A model generated the notes under the pieces. The model was not told where the DNA came from. It was given only the letters and a program-made list of their open reading frames with translations, and ran no database searches. This document shows, in pieces, positions 13,806 through 27,220 of a stretch of DNA of 64,000 bases. Source of the DNA: the human T2T-CHM13v2.0 reference genome, Homo sapiens; NCBI RefSeq assembly GCF_009914755.1, contig NC_060929.1, one strand, 5' to 3'. Positions within the stretch are counted from its first letter, which is position 1. Every line of letters begins with the position of its first letter. A program made the translations under genes and the position numbers.

Positions 13806-14594
13806 CGCACATCCGCACTCCCGCCTCCGGCTCCCGCACAGACGCTGTGCACGCAGCTCTCTCGCGTGTCTTCTCATTTGCTCTAAGACCACCCTTCCAG
13901 GTGGGGATTGCGGCATCCACTGGGATGAGCCAGGCCAGGGCCTGCAGCCCTGGGAGCCTCGGGTGGATGCAGCGTAGCTCATTCACACTGCAGGGGAGGG
14001 AGGCGCCCCGGGCTCGGGTTTGCGGATTTTGCACAGCAATTTAAAAATATCAACCGCCATTACCGACAGCTCGTGCTCTGGAATCAGCCGTGTTACCAGT
14101 CACCTCATCAGATGTCCACAGACAGGTGAGTTTTCTCGGGAGGAAGTCGCCCTGGGCGGCACGGGGGTCTGCAGCGCCCGCCTCCTCGTCTCTCCTGACA
14201 GACCCCTCCCAGGAGAGGGGGGATGTGAGCCACACCCCGGCTGGCAGTGACAAAGCCCACAGCCAGTGGCCTCGAGGGCTGGGTGCGGGTATCCCCCACC
14301 TCCAGGCACCTGAATCCCAGCCTGAGGCCATGGAAGGCTCAGAGCTTCGGAACTGGGCTTGGAGTTTGGTTGTATAAATCGCCAAAACAAATCAGATTGG
14401 AAAGCTCCCTACGAACCCTGCCAGGTCTCCAGAACCTTCCTTCTCAGGGGTTTCTTTGTTACACAGGGCAGCCTGGTGAATGGAGGCATGGCGGGGACTC
14501 CACTCCTGTCCTGGGCTCCCACGGAGACTCGCCCCACACTCTGCCCAGCCCCCGCCCAAGGGTCGCGAGGACGACCCCACTCCTGCGGGCTCAC

Positions 14595-14736
14595 CGAATG
14601 TGATCTTCCCCTTCTCCTCTTGGTCAATGGCTCGGAATAGGTCGGTCACGGTGAGCTCTGCCACCCCCAGGGCCGTCTTGAGGATGCAGGACAGGTCACC
14701 TTCGCCGACGCTGCCGTCCTCTTGCGCTCCGTACAT
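14595..14736 (-). CDS. LPCAT1: LPCAT1 exon 13 (MYGAQEDGSVGEGDL...DQEEKGKITF; EF-hand region)
   Basis: Acceptor TTGCAG|ATG, donor TCG|GTGAGC, 142 nt; ORF 14392..14742. Confidence 0.97.
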
Positions 14737-16289
14737 CTGCAAGGCAAACTGGGTGTCACCTTGCAGCCTCCTCCCCTGCCCACCAGGCCCCGCTGTCCAG
14801 GGACACCCCAGCGGCCCTGCCCCGCTTTGTCAGAGCTGCTGGGCACCTGCAGGGCCGGCGGCTGGACACGGGGGACTCGAACTTCCATGTGGAGCCATGC
14901 AGCAGGGCCCTGTGCCTTGGATCTGGCCCCCTCCAGGTGCCTCGTGGACACACAGCAGATGCTTCTCGGGCAAGGACTCAGACGCTGCCCACCCCACCCG
15001 TGATAGCTCAGCAAACCAACCAGCACCTGTGGCTGCCACTGGGAGGCCGCGGAAGGGTCCTGCCTGGGCCACGGGCGAGCGCGGCGCAAGCTTGGGCTGC
15101 AGAGTTCCCCCACGGCCCTCTGCCTCCGTGAGTGCAGGCTACAGCAGACGTGTTCACAAGCATCAGTAATAACATGAAAAAGCCCTGATGGTTAGAAATC
15201 GACAGGGCAGATCAGGAGCAGAAATGAGAAGGACCTGGGAGGGCCGGGAGGGCTCCAGCGGGGAGCGGGAACCAGGACCCGGGCTCTCTCCTGAGCCTCA
15301 CAGGTGACGCCTCCTCTCTTCCTCCTGCTCCAGGTGTGGAAGCGGCGGCTCCGGCCCTCTCTGTGCAGGGCCCAGTGCCGAGGCGCCTGCCGCCCGCTCC
15401 CCACAACTCCACGGCGCTCCCCTCCCTGGCTCCACAGACTCTGTGCCCTGGAGATCCCCCAGACCCCTTGATCAGGGCCCGCCCATCCCTTTGTCCCTCT
15501 ACCTCCTTGGAAACACTTCGGCTCCCTGTGGGGTGCAGGGTCCTGCCCCAGCCCTTTAGGCTCGAGCCTGGCCCACGGGCTCTGTGGCAGCGCTTTCCTC
15601 TGAGGTCCCGACGCCGCCCGTGTCCTTCCGCTCCAACCCCTGGGCTCCCTCAGATGGGCCAGCTCTTCTACCTGGTTCTTCCCCGAGTCCTCTGCCTGGG
15701 GCTGCACCATCCCCCGCCGCCCTCTCTCTGCCTGGGGTCCACGGTTCCTGGGGCTCCGACGGGGCCGTCGCCCTGACTCCGAGTCCCCTTCTCCTGCTGC
15801 AGCGCGCTGTGATCTTGTGAGCGTTTGCTCCACCCTCCGAGAAGTGGGCTGCCTGGGAGGGGCGTCGCCTCTCTTCAGGGAGGGGCTGCGCCTTCACCTC
15901 CACCGGCTCCTCCTTGCGGTGCTCAGGGAAGAAACGCTGACGCCTCCAGCCTTCCGGCCTGGCAAGCTGTCCCCGCGTTCACACCCTCTTCCCGGGGCTC
16001 TGCCTCTACCCCATGGAACGGGTCTGCTCCAGGCTCTGGAGACCCCATCCTCACCCTCCACTCTCCCTCCCCTGGGCCTCATCCCACAGCGCTGCCGCAC
16101 GCGGCCACCCTGTCTTCTGTGGTCTACGTTTCTCTCCTGCTTTTAGATTTGCTGAATCAAACATCTGCAGACGAAATCCACGTTGGTGCTGCTGGAGCCT
16201 CAGAACGGGCCGGGTCAAAGCTTCAGGGCCACGGCCTCCAGCTCCTCGGCCGACCTGGATCCCACTCAGCCCCCAGAGAGCAGTGCCTC

Positions 16290-16303
16290 CTGCCCCCTAG
16301 TGG
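16290..16303 (-). promoter_or_regulatory. Consensus CTCF motif
   Basis: CCACTAGGGGGCAG on the minus strand matches the CTCF core CCASYAGRKGGCRS. Confidence 0.6.
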
Positions 16304-17315
16304 TTGCAAGGCTGCTTCAGAGGGGACAACCTGACATCTGTGTCCATTTGGACATGAGAACTGCAGATGCAGACTTTCATCCTCGGAGCCTCGTGTAGAT
16401 GCTGCACGGGAAACGCAGAGGTAGGACTGAGGCTACCACAGGCAACAGACTTCAGGTTCTCACCGTCCACTCTCTGAGCCGCTGGAAGTTTTACCAGGGC
16501 CACATCTTAAGGTTTTACACAGTAATGATAACGAAAAAGAACAAAAACAAGGGGCCCCAAGGCGTATGAAGCACATCGGTGCGCTGCGCATCCGGAGTCC
16601 TGAGCACCGGCGTGTGCCTCTGGGGTCCTAGGTGCTAGGAGTTCTGTGTCCACAGTCAGCCTGGGGGGCAGCTTCCTGGATCTCTGTGTCCCAAGAGCAG
16701 CACGCTGGTGCACTTGCCACGCTCTCTCACACGAGACTGCTCCGTGGAAGCCCTTCCTGCTACATGCAGTCCCCCCAAAATGTGCCAGGCTCCCAGAGCA
16801 GCAGCAAAGCACAATGGCCATGACTTCAGGAAATGATGACACCATGAAAGGTATAGGCTGCAGAAAGGGACATGGGGAAGCAGCCTGCAAGAAGGTGGGA
16901 GGAAGGCAGGGCATATGCCGTCAGGGCGGAGCTGCTGAGGGTGGAGGTGAGGCGGGACCCTGGTGTCGCCGTGGGGACGCAGCCATATCAGCGGCCTGGA
17001 AGCCTGTGAGAAGTGATCACCCATCCTGCCCCCAGGTGGTCACTGTAGGGCAGCCTAGGCCTCACCCATCGCCTGGTTCACCTGAGAAAGACCTCCTAGT
17101 GGCACATACCCCACCCCAAGCAGGGACCCGGTGCACACTGTCCTCCCCAGTGGGCGTCCTCAACCCTACCACAGCCAGTTACCCTGCCCACCTGCAGGTG
17201 GGGCCTGTGCAGGAGGAAGGTCGGGCTCCACAGCCCATTGTTCATGTTGAGAAACAAGGCAACTGCCACCCCCACCGCTGCTGTCATTCGTTCCAGGTTA
17301 TACTTGGTGGCTCTA

Positions 17316-17650
<335 letters not shown>

Positions 17651-18671
17651 ACAGGGCACAGTGAAAGCAGGGCCAGCAGGGGCCGCAGGGCCACAGGGCC
17701 TGGCTCAGATCAGGGGCCCTAGGAGGCAGGCTGCCCAGGCCTGGAGGAGGCAGGGAGGTCAGGCTTTCTTACACAGAGCTGCCAAATGTTGAGGTCATCC
17801 AGTTCATCCTGCCTGGGGAGACCCCCACAAGCCACCTTTTCATGTGGGGACATTCCCCAGTGTTGCTATGGAGAGGGTGTGCTGGCATCAGAAGCAAGAG
17901 AAGGGAGTTCTTGGAGCGGTGAGAGACATGCAGCTTCTTGACTCACACATCAGGCCCTTGAGAGTCTGGCTAATGTGAGTCACACCCTGTGAGAAGCCTT
18001 GGTAAAGTTGTGCCTCTGTACAGGCAAAGCCGGCCCAGCTCTATCCCAGATGAAATCCACATTGGTGCTGCTGGAGCCTCAGAATAGGCCAGGCCAAACC
18101 CTCAGGGTTACCTGGCCTCCCGCCCTCCAGGCCTGACCCAGACCCCACTCAGCCCCCAGGGAGCAGCGACTCCCTGTGGTGAGGCAAGTCCTGAGGGCTT
18201 CCCAGGAGTCTGCAGCTGGGCTGGGACCCCAGACTCCCCCAGTGGTGATGACTGGGCTCTGACATGTTGTAGCCCCTGGGGTTAGCTGAGGTGGGCAGCT
18301 CCTAAGCCATGCTTTCTTCACCAGTCCAGTCTGAGGGGGAGAGAGGACAAGGTGTGTGGCCCCTGTGTTAGGTGCCCTGTAGTGTGTGATGGTGTGTGAC
18401 ACCACCAGCCCCACCCAGGTGCTCCAGGACCCAGGAAGAACCTCAGCCATGCTTTCTGATGAGTGTGGATTGCTAATCCAGGAAGAAATAAATCTGGGAG
18501 TTTTCTGGGCATTTTACAAACAACAGCTAGCATAAAAAGCTTACGTAAAAATAGCAGTTGGGCAAATGATCAATTAACTGATATTATAAGGAACTAGAGA
18601 AATGAACAATGGTGCTGACGTGACTGCACCACCCTGTCCCCCAGTCAAACCCATGTGAACTCTGCACTCAC

Positions 18672-18770
18672 CTTGAAAGCCAGCTGGATGGTGTCCAGGG
18701 TCCGGGCCGGCCGGCAGACGACAGACAGGGCAACCACACACTCTCGCAGGTCCACCTCGCCGCTGCCGCT
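18672..18770 (-). CDS. LPCAT1: LPCAT1 exon 12 (SGSGEVDLRECVVALSVVCRPARTLDTIQLAFK; EF-hand region)
   Basis: Acceptor CCCCACAG|AGC, donor AAG|GTGAGT, 99 nt. Confidence 0.97.
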
Positions 18771-19404
18771 CTGTGGGGAGAGACGCTCTCAGCCACAGCT
18801 CGGCCGCCTTCGGCACTGGAGAAACGCCAGGGTTTCCCACGGGTGCTGGTGTTAATTAAAGGCCAGTCCCACTCTCACTCGGGAACATCTGCCCATGTGA
18901 AAAGGGAATCTTGGAAGGACATTCCACCAAGTGGGTTCTCCAAGGTCACTGTGCTGTGTACACTTCTTGGGGCCATTACAGTGACTTCCCAAAGTTCACA
19001 AGGCTGCCACAGGAAGCACCTCAGCAAAGCACACGCGATACAATGCCTGCCACCTGCCAAGACCTGCATTTGAGAATACCCCCTAAGCACCAAGGCTGAT
19101 TCTGGGCTCTAGGAATTTAGTCTGTTTATGGCAACCCATTCATCCTGCAGAAAGAAGGTGAACCCGGAGCTGTGACGTGGAGCTAAACAGCAGCCCGGGC
19201 CAGCTGTGGAAGCCAGTCAGCCCCGCGCTGACCATTCTCAGTAACTCCTCACACCCAGAGTCTCCAGGGACATGCTGATGTGAGTGAGCAGGGTGGTGAG
19301 AGGCACAGGTGGGGGCTGACAGGGTCTGCACTTCTGATGACGATGGGGACAGTCTGCACGTGGCTGCAGGGTGTGCCCAGGCCACAGGAAAGAACCTCCC
19401 AGGT

Positions 19405-20180
19405 CAGGGCGGGAGGAGGTGAGGAGCACCCTGGACAGGGGGAAGACTCTCTGGTCAGACAGCAGGAGATGAAGGGCAACCAGGAGTGGAGGGAGGACTC
19501 CCTGGTCAGAGAGCAGGAGGAGGTTCCAGGAAGAGAGCAGCAGGAGCATCCAGGGGTAGAGGGAGGGCTCCCAGGTTGGAGAGAACAAGAGAAGGTGGGG
19601 AGCACACAGGATAGGGGGGAGGACTCTGGCCAGACAGCAAGTGAGAAGCACTCAGGACAGGGGGAGGACTCTGGCCAGAGAGCAGGAGGTGAGGAGCACC
19701 CAGAGGCAAAGGAAGGACTCCCTGGCTGGAGAGAGCAAGAGAAGATGAGGAGCACCCAGGAGAGGGGAAGAATTTTGGCCAGAGAGCAGGAGGTGAGGAG
19801 CACCCAGGACAGGGGGAGGACTCTGGCCAGGCAGCAGGAGGTGAGGAGCACTCAGGAGCAGAGAGGACTCTAGTCAGAGGGCAGGAGGACGTGAGGAGCA
19901 CCTGGGGCAGAGGGAGGACGCTCTGGTCAGAGAGCAGGAGGAAGTGAGGTGAGGAGCACCCGGGGCAGAAGGACTCCCTGATCAGAGAGCAGGAGATAAT
20001 GAGCACCCAGGATGGGGGAGGACTCTGGCCAGAGAGCAGGTGAGGAGCACCCAAGGGCAGAGGGAGAACTCTGGTCAGAGCAGGAGGCGGCGAGGTGAGG
20101 AGCACCCAGGGGCGGAGGGAGGACTCCCTGTTCAGAGAGCTGGGGGTGAGGAGCACCCAGGGGCAGAGGGAGGACTTTGA
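19405..20180. repeat. Purine-rich degenerate tandem repeat, unit about 45-55 bp (GAGGAGCACCCAGGACAGGGGGAGGACTCTGGCCAGAGAGCAGGAGGT)
   Basis: About 14 diverged copies. Confidence 0.93.
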
Positions 20181-20620
20181 CCAGTAGTTGCCCCTCTACG
20201 CTTGTGTCAACCACAGGCTGTAGGTGCTAGGGGTGAGACGCACACAGGTCCCTGAAGGTCTTCTGAGGGAACTGATAGCTTTCTTTGTGCTACGCCACAC
20301 CCCTTGCAAGGCATGGGGTACTGGGACTGGGGCTTGGGTGTCTGGCAGGTGGAAATGACTACAAGTCCCTGGCTCTGGGAAGGTCTCGGGCTGGGGGTCT
20401 GAGGTCCTGGGTGTAAATGGAGAATACTCCTATCTCATAAGATCATGTGCATCTGAAATTGCAGAAAATAAAAAATTAACCGCACAGTGTCATAAGTTAC
20501 CTCGGAACGCTGCCTGTGAAACCAGGAATGCTGCCTGTGAAACCAGTATTCACCATTTCACGTTTCAATTCCAACACTGTGGTAAAGCGCCTGAGTGCAA
20601 ACGCAGCTGCAGATGTGGCA

Positions 20621-20780
20621 CGGACACCAGGAGGGACTCGCATCCGAGACGCTGTTTGCAGCTGCCTCGTAGTAGAGGGCCCGCGGCTGTGGGCCCCTTA
20701 CGGACACTAGGCAGGACTCGCATCCGAGACACTGTTTCCAGCTGCCCTGTAGCAGAGGGCCCGTGGCTGGGGGCCCCTCT
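20621..20780. repeat. 80-bp tandem duplication
   Basis: Two diverged copies of CGGACAC..GGACTCGCATCCGAGAC.CTGTTT.CAGCTGCC...AGAGGGCCCG.GGCTG.GGGCCCCT. Confidence 0.9.
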
Positions 20781-20856
20781 GGTGCGTGTGGGAGAATGCC
20801 CTGAGCCACGCACTGTGATCCTTGGTTCACACTCTGCATACTTGCGGGGCGGCCTC

Positions 20857-21011
20857 CTTCCCCTGTCCTGGGTGCTCCTCATCTTCTCTTGCTCTCTCCA
20901 ACCAGGGAGTCCTTCCTTTGCCTCTGGGTGCTCCTCTCTCCTGCTCCTCCTGCTCTCTGGCCAGAGTCCTCCCCCTGTCCTGAGTGCTCCTCACCTGCTC
21001 TCTGGCCAGAG
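20857..21011 (-). repeat. Inverted copy of 19624-19770
   Basis: Reverse-complement match; ORFs 19249..19851(-) and 20656..21132(+) share LPLSWVLLIFSCSLQPGSPSFASGCSS. Confidence 0.95.
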
Positions 21012-21844
21012 AGGCCTCCTGCCAGCCCGGGTTCCACCCAGGACTGCACTGCAGCTGCTCCGTGTTGGTGCAAAACATATATGGTGCTGTCACACGGGAC
21101 ATCTCATGCTGTCACGGGACAGTCATGGCTGAAGGAGCCTTCTACACACACCCTGGCGTATCACCAGCTCCTCCAGGACCACAGTGTAAGTGTCCATGCT
21201 GTGACACTAACACCCAGAAAAGACCAGGATTGGCTGACCTGTGGCTCGCCGTGGCAGCCTGTCCCGCCCCTGCGTGCCACCTCGCACCTTCCTAAAACCC
21301 CGAGGCTGCCCGCCATGTTCAGGGCCACCTGGCGTGACCGTGGATGCCTCATCAATTACGACGAGGACCTGGGGATGACGTGCGGAGGGCAGAGGGGAGT
21401 GGGCGGCTGCACCAGGAGGAAGCCCTCCCACACCCACAGGCTGGCGGGGAGCCTCTAAGCCGATCATAGAGGACGGGCGTGTTATTAGAAACTCTGACGC
21501 TGCAAAGAGCAGCTCTGGTGAGCAGGGGACCCTGCAGGGGGTCCCTTGGAGACCCCAGGCTGGGTGTCACAGTTTGATATTGTTAGACTCCGTAATCACA
21601 CTGAAAAACCCCAAACCACAGGCACATTCATCAGTGAAGGGTAATTTAAACGTCAAATGTGTACGCGTATTTAAAAGCATGGAAGGAAATACCTCAAAAT
21701 GATAGGGTGGGGTGGTGATGGGTGGTTTTCCTTCTCTGCTTTCAAATTCGTGTGAAAATATATTTATATTAGAATGAGAACAATTTATGCTTCAAAAAGC
21801 AGGAGGTTTTGCCGACACCCCGCTCCGCAGGCGACAGGCCCTAC

Positions 21845-21998
21845 CTCGTCGAACAGTGAAAACATGTCTTCCAGCAAGTCAGAAACGGGGACTTCCAGGG
21901 AGGCGGCAAACTCCGCAATACCTATCTTCTCTCCTCCCTTCATCCTGGCTCTTTCTGAGTATCTGTCCAGATCTTTTTCAAGCTTTTCTGGTTTTAGC
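21845..21998 (-). CDS. LPCAT1: LPCAT1 exon 11 (LKPEKLEKDLDRYSE...DMFSLFDE)
   Basis: Acceptor TTTGTCTAG|G, donor GAG|GTAGGG, 154 nt; ORF 21785..22033. Confidence 0.97.
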
Positions 21999-22447
21999 CT
22001 AGACAAAAAAAGAGGGAAAGCTTTCTTTTTCAATAAAATGGTGGCATGCTAACACCAGATTTACTTCTAAGACTCATCAAAATATTAAAATTGACAGAAG
22101 TAGCAGCAAGCTAGTTTTCAAGAAAAGGCATTCTCCTAATTGGAAGGTGCGAGATGTGTTCTGTCCAAGTGTCAAGCCAGGTGCCTGTGCCCCTGAGACC
22201 CGTTCCCTTCCCAGGGCAGATGTGGCAGGACACAGGGTGGCCCTCCTGGGGCGCCGTCCACAGACAGCTGATGCCAGCATTAAGGGATTGAAAGACACTA
22301 TGTGGGCTTAAGTTGATATTTGAAAAAAGCCAGAATAATTAATAATTATCTCCTCAGTTCCCCTCCCTGCAACCCCAGGCAGCCCCCGCCAGACCTCGGC
22401 ATCACGGGTTCTAGCTAATGCTCAAGGAAGAAGAACCAGGTACTCAC

Positions 22448-22573
22448 CCGAGGCCCCGCACGAGCCTGGCAAATTCTAAAAGGCAAGTGTCAGCGGGGAG
22501 ACGGAGCTGTCCTTCCGCCAGGGCCAGCTGGCAGTCCTCGAACGTGTAGTCAGTCACGGAGACACCCAAGGCC
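22448..22573 (-). CDS. LPCAT1: LPCAT1 exon 10 (ALGVSVTDYTFEDCQLALAEGQLRLPADTCLLEFARLVRGLG)
   Basis: Acceptor TTGTAG|G, donor CGG|GTGAGT, 126 nt. Confidence 0.97.
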
Positions 22574-23612
22574 CTACAAGGAGGGCAGCACCCCCGTCAG
22601 CCCAGCCTCGTGGCAGCCAGTTCCCACCGCCCCACCAGAATAACCGCCGATGGCTCAGGGGAGAGGAGGGCTGAGGAGAGGCAGTGAGACAGGGGAAGGG
22701 CCAGTTGGTGGGGCAGTCACACATTCATCGATCAGCTTCACCTCTCGTGGGTGCTCTGAAACGATGACGGCAGCCACACCAAAGGTCACTGACACAGACT
22801 GCCATCACGTGAGAATCGTGAAAAAGTTTGAAACAGCGTGAGAATTACCAACATGTGACGTGGAGACACGAAGTGAGCTCATGGTGCGAGAATTACCAAC
22901 ATGTGACCCAGAGACGCCAAAGTGAGCTCACAGTGCTGGAAAACGGTGCTAATAGGCTTGCTCAACACAGGGTTGCCACAAACGTGAAGCAACTGTCTGT
23001 GAAGCACAGGATGAAGCAGAGTGAGGCGGGCTGTGCCCTCACTCCCAGAGCTGCTCTGACCGTGCCGTGTGTGCTCAGGTGATGAGAAATCGGTGCCTCT
23101 CTAGTCCTAGTTGAGAGCCGCTGAAGTTCCCCTTGGCAAACTTAGGCATCATCATTTGGAACAGGAGAGTCTCAGGCTATCCACAGGAAAGGACAAGGCC
23201 CAACTGAGCGGCTGCCTGTGAAGCTCACAGCAGTCCTGGCCCCGCCACGTGTGACTCCAGGTGAGCCAGGGACCAGGAGCCCTGGCTGGGAGAACCACCC
23301 ACCTCCGCCAGCCACACCTGGGGCCATCCCCGGCCTCTCCTGATGGCCCGTCCTGGGTGGCACCTCTCTCCAGGCCAGCACTGCACACGTGCCATTCAAC
23401 TCAGAACCCCAAATGACTCAGAGGCGAGCCCCATCCCAGATGAAAACCAAGGTCGAGGAAGGATGTGTGCGCTCTGCCACCCTGGGGTGCCACCATCCTT
23501 GCAGCGGGCAGGGGAGGAGAACGTGCTTCCAACACTGCCTCCTAGGACCCACTACGGGAGTGGGAAACCAGCCGGGAGGAGGCGCTGCCAGGGTCCCTCT
23601 GCTCATGATCAA

Positions 23613-23751
23613 CTCCACTCCCCGAGTGGGGCTGCACGGCCCCGCCCAGGCCCAGGAGTCCGAAGCTGCTTCTCCCTCCCATCTCCACTCCGAGTGGGGC
23701 TGCACAGGCCCCGCCCAGGCCCAGGAGTCCGAGGCTGCTTCTCCCTCCCAT
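23613..23751. repeat. Tandem duplication, unit about 70 bp
   Basis: Two copies of CTCCACTCC(C)GAGTGGGGCTGCAC(A)GGCCCCGCCCAGGCCCAGGAGTCCGA.GCTGCTTCTCCCTCCCAT. Confidence 0.9.
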
Positions 23752-25223
23752 GTTCCTTGGTGGGGGGTTTTGCTGACGGTGGCAGACCCTCCAACGGCCC
23801 TGATGTGATGAAACATGGTTCCCGGTAATTTGGAGTGGGGTTTTAAGAGAATTCTGAATTACTACAATGGAAATGGCAGCACTCTCGTACCCTAAAAAAA
23901 GTACAAGTTCCTCGGAGTCTGTTTGAAATGGAGGGTTCTAAAATAATCAGTGAGGCCCACAGGCGATCTCTCCTTGAGCGCTGTAAAATCTGTTCTCTTC
24001 CTCCTAAGTCCCCAAAAGTAGCCAGTATTGGCAGCAGTCCGGAGCACAGGTGCTGGGCTTGGAGGTGGGAATGCATTCCCCTGGCTCGGCGCCTACTCAG
24101 CTTTTTGTATTGTTCAGAGCTGCCTGTGGTGGGGGTTGAGTGGAGCTTTGCGGGACAGAGACTGCCGGGCCCATTTCTACCCTCGGACACATGCTTTGGG
24201 AGGGAGAGGATGGGAACGTGAGGGAACGGGCCGCCCAGCTGAATCTTCAGGGTGTCAGCGGAGTGTGAACAAAGTGGCTCGGAGGTCAGAGCCAGGCACA
24301 CTCTGATGGGCCCGGCCGTGGCTGTGTTCCCCTCTGGGCTCTCTGGAGAGGCGAGTTCCCAGCCATGCCCCGACCTGCTGCAGCAGGAGCCTGGGGGTGG
24401 GGCCGGTGGACCGAGGCTGATGTGGCTTCCAAGTGGCTCCTGCAGCTCAGGTCTGGCAGCCGCCCGGTGGAGGGGAGGCTCTAGCTCCAATGGACAGAGC
24501 TTTGCAGGAGGAAGCACTAGGGAGGCATTCACGTGGGGGTAAATCCAGGTGGGAGGACCTGGTTGCAAGGACAAGTGTGGGGGGAATGGGACCTGAGGGA
24601 TGGAAGGTGCTGAGGGAGGGAGATGGGGAGGGCGTGTGAGCTGACGACACCGAGGGAGGGAGAGGGGGAGGGCGTGTGAGCCGACAGCACTGCCGGCCAT
24701 GCAAGCAGGGGACCTGGGACCATGGGAAGCGAGGACATTCCCTCTTCCTAACTGCATGCACGACAACTGTGTAAGCAGCACAAGTCACCTTACAAGATTA
24801 AATGTGCAACCACCACTCCACTCTGCCAGATAGAGTAAGGGCACCGGTAAGTATCACACAGGCAGATGAGCAAAGGTAGGCGTGGAGGCCGCCGCACAGA
24901 TGTGAAGTTGGCCCAGGCCAGCGCCCCGCTGGCTCCTTTAGGGCACAGGAAACATAGGACCTGGGGTGACCAACGGCTGCAGGCAGGTCTGGAAGAACCA
25001 GTCATGCATCTTCCAAACGTCAAAGAGGGTGAAATGCCATCAGAGGGAAACAAGGGGCGCACAGCACAAGGCCAAGCACGCTTCACCAACATGCATGAAG
25101 CTGGTTCCCGCACTTCTGCAAGAATGCCTTTTCCTAACGCTGTTGCCTATTTTAAATATACAGAGAGCAGCACTCTGGGAGACACCCCTGACTCGGCGAT
25201 GGGGGAAGGAGCTGCTCACTTAC

Positions 25224-25306
25224 TCGGCCATGACTCGCCGCACGTTGCTGGCATACAGCGCGGGGTTCCTCTTCTCCTCCTCAGAAGGGCTGTACACAGG
25301 AAGGAA
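25224..25306 (-). CDS. LPCAT1: LPCAT1 exon 9 (FLPVYSPSEEEKRNPALYASNVRRVMAE)
   Basis: Acceptor CTCAG|TTC, donor CGA|GTAAGT, 83 nt. Confidence 0.97.
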
Positions 25307-25506
25307 CTGAGCACACAGAGAAGCTGCGTTAGTATCACAAGACGCTGACCTCAGCAACACCACTGTAACGACAACTGGGAGGCTGACAAAATTAAGATCT
25401 GTCAAAGTAACGCCCATTAGAACCGTCTTCAAAGTTGTCATGTGCACGTGTGTGTACGCACACACACACCCCCATGATGCATGAACTGCACACGTGTGCA
25501 CCTGAA

Positions 25507-25846
25507 CACTCACCCTCATTGGTGCTCCCTGGGAGCACCTGCTGCCTACATCAGAACATCTGGCTCTCTGATCTACACTCACCCCCGTCAGTGCTCCTGG
25601 GAGCGCCTGCTGCCTACATCAGAACATCTGGCTCTCTGATCTACACTCACCCCCGTCAGTGCTCCTGGGAGCGCCTGCTGCCTACATCAGAACATCTGGC
25701 TCTCTGATCTACACTCACCCCCGTCAGTGCTCCTGGGAGCGCCTGCTGCCTACATCAGAACATCTGGCTCTCTGATCTACACTCACCCCCGTCAGTGCTC
25801 CTAGGAGCTCCTGCTGCCTACATCAGAACATCCAGCTCCCTGATCT
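25507..25846. repeat. 68-bp VNTR, about 5 copies, in intron 8
   Basis: Unit ACACTCACCCCCGTCAGTGCTCCTGGGAGCGCCTGCTGCCTACATCAGAACATCTGGCTCTCTGATCT. Confidence 0.96.
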
Positions 25847-26932
25847 CACAGAGGGGCTTACGCCCATTTCTGACAGCATCAGTTTTGTAATGGGGATAAT
25901 GCAGCACGTTATTCCTACATTTGGAACAGATTATTGGCAGCGTTTTGCCACCTCTTGCATTTTGAAACTAAAAGAAATTGTCCAGTGAATTTGTCCTTGC
26001 CTGAGTGACACTTACACAGCATTTTAAATGAATATGACCCACATTGCACACCGTGCAGGAAAGGGCACAAGACTACCCTGGATGTCCTTTTCTCTAATAC
26101 GGAATATTTCAGAATACAGGAACATCCTGAAACCCCAATTCTCGCTGTTATTTCTAAAACTTCCGTAAACTGCCATGGTTCCTTGCATCAACATTTGCAT
26201 CTTGTATGAACAACGTCAGTAAGGACAGAGCAGTTTTGCACAGCCATTCACTTTCTTTTCAACTCTTAAAATTAGAAACCAGGCCTGTAACACAGCCATT
26301 CAACACCAGGGAGCCCTCAGGAGCTCAAGCTCAGTCCCTGTGTTCTGTGCTCGAGGCCTGGCCTGCACCCTCCCGGCCACTGCCCATCCAGCCACATAAT
26401 CCTGCTGGGTGGGGGGACTGCCGCCCTCAGGCCCGGGCCAAGGCCCTTCAGCCCAGTCCTCTGTAATGAGAGCAGCTTATCCTCTATGGAAGTGAACAGC
26501 CGGGCTGAAAGCCGGGCTTATCAGTATATTTCGTAGTGCTCTCCAATATTTACTGGAAGGCAGCAAATTGTTTTATTAAATATTTAAGTTGCATGTGACT
26601 CATCTTTTATTTCCAGATGCAAGAAGTGCATATTAATTCCCCTTTTAAACAAAAAAAGAACTACTCCTCATCGACTTAGAAAAAATTGTGCAGGCTACAC
26701 AGAGGTGACTATTTAGCCCAAGGTCTTGACTCTGGAGACCTGGGTCAGGCTGAGAAGGGGGATCTTTGACTATGTATTAAACAGAGCATGGTGCTATGAC
26801 AAACTCAGCGGTATTAAATATGTAAAGTAAAACTAAGAGCCAAACAAATAATTATTTGCATGTGGGCCAGCTTCATATGTCCTTAAGCTACAATACCCAT
26901 AATAATGAATGGTAGGTTTAAAAAATCCTTTC

Positions 26933-27220
26933 CAGCTGGGTGTGGTAGTTCACGCCTGTGATCCCCGCACTTTAGGAGGCCAAGGCGGGAGGACTGCTTG
27001 AGCCCAGGAGTTTGAGACCAGCCTAGGCAACAAAGTGAGACCCATCTCTACAAAAATTAGCTAGGCATGGCGTGTGCCTGTGGTCCAATTACGTGGGAGG
27101 CTGAGGCAGGGAGATCACTTGGGCCCAGGAGGTCGAGGCTGCAGTGAGCCCATCGCTACACTCCAGCCTGGGCAACAGAGCAAGACAAAATGCTGTCTCA
27201 GAAAAACAAAAAACAAAAAC
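26933..27220 (+). mobile_element. Alu (J-like)
   Basis: GCTTGAGCCCAGGAGTTTGAGACC and GGAGGTCGAGGCTGCAGTGAGC are AluJ-type segments. Confidence 0.92.

Noticed and set aside
12186-13852. His/Thr-rich and Cys/Val-rich ORFs (also at 6.6-7.7 and 46.1-46.7 kb)
   Set aside because: Artefacts of CA/TG repeats that lack stop codons; not metal-binding proteins.
14123-14131. Perfect plus-strand donor CAG|GTGAGT (similar motifs near 24845 and 35175)
   Set aside because: Isolated motifs with no matching acceptor or ORF evidence; insufficient to call an antisense gene.
23843-24781. 312-aa minus-strand ORF and other 200-260-aa ORFs (37863, 48469, 53574, 54221)
   Set aside because: Low-complexity GC-rich intronic frames with no recognisable domain, and often non-ATG starts.
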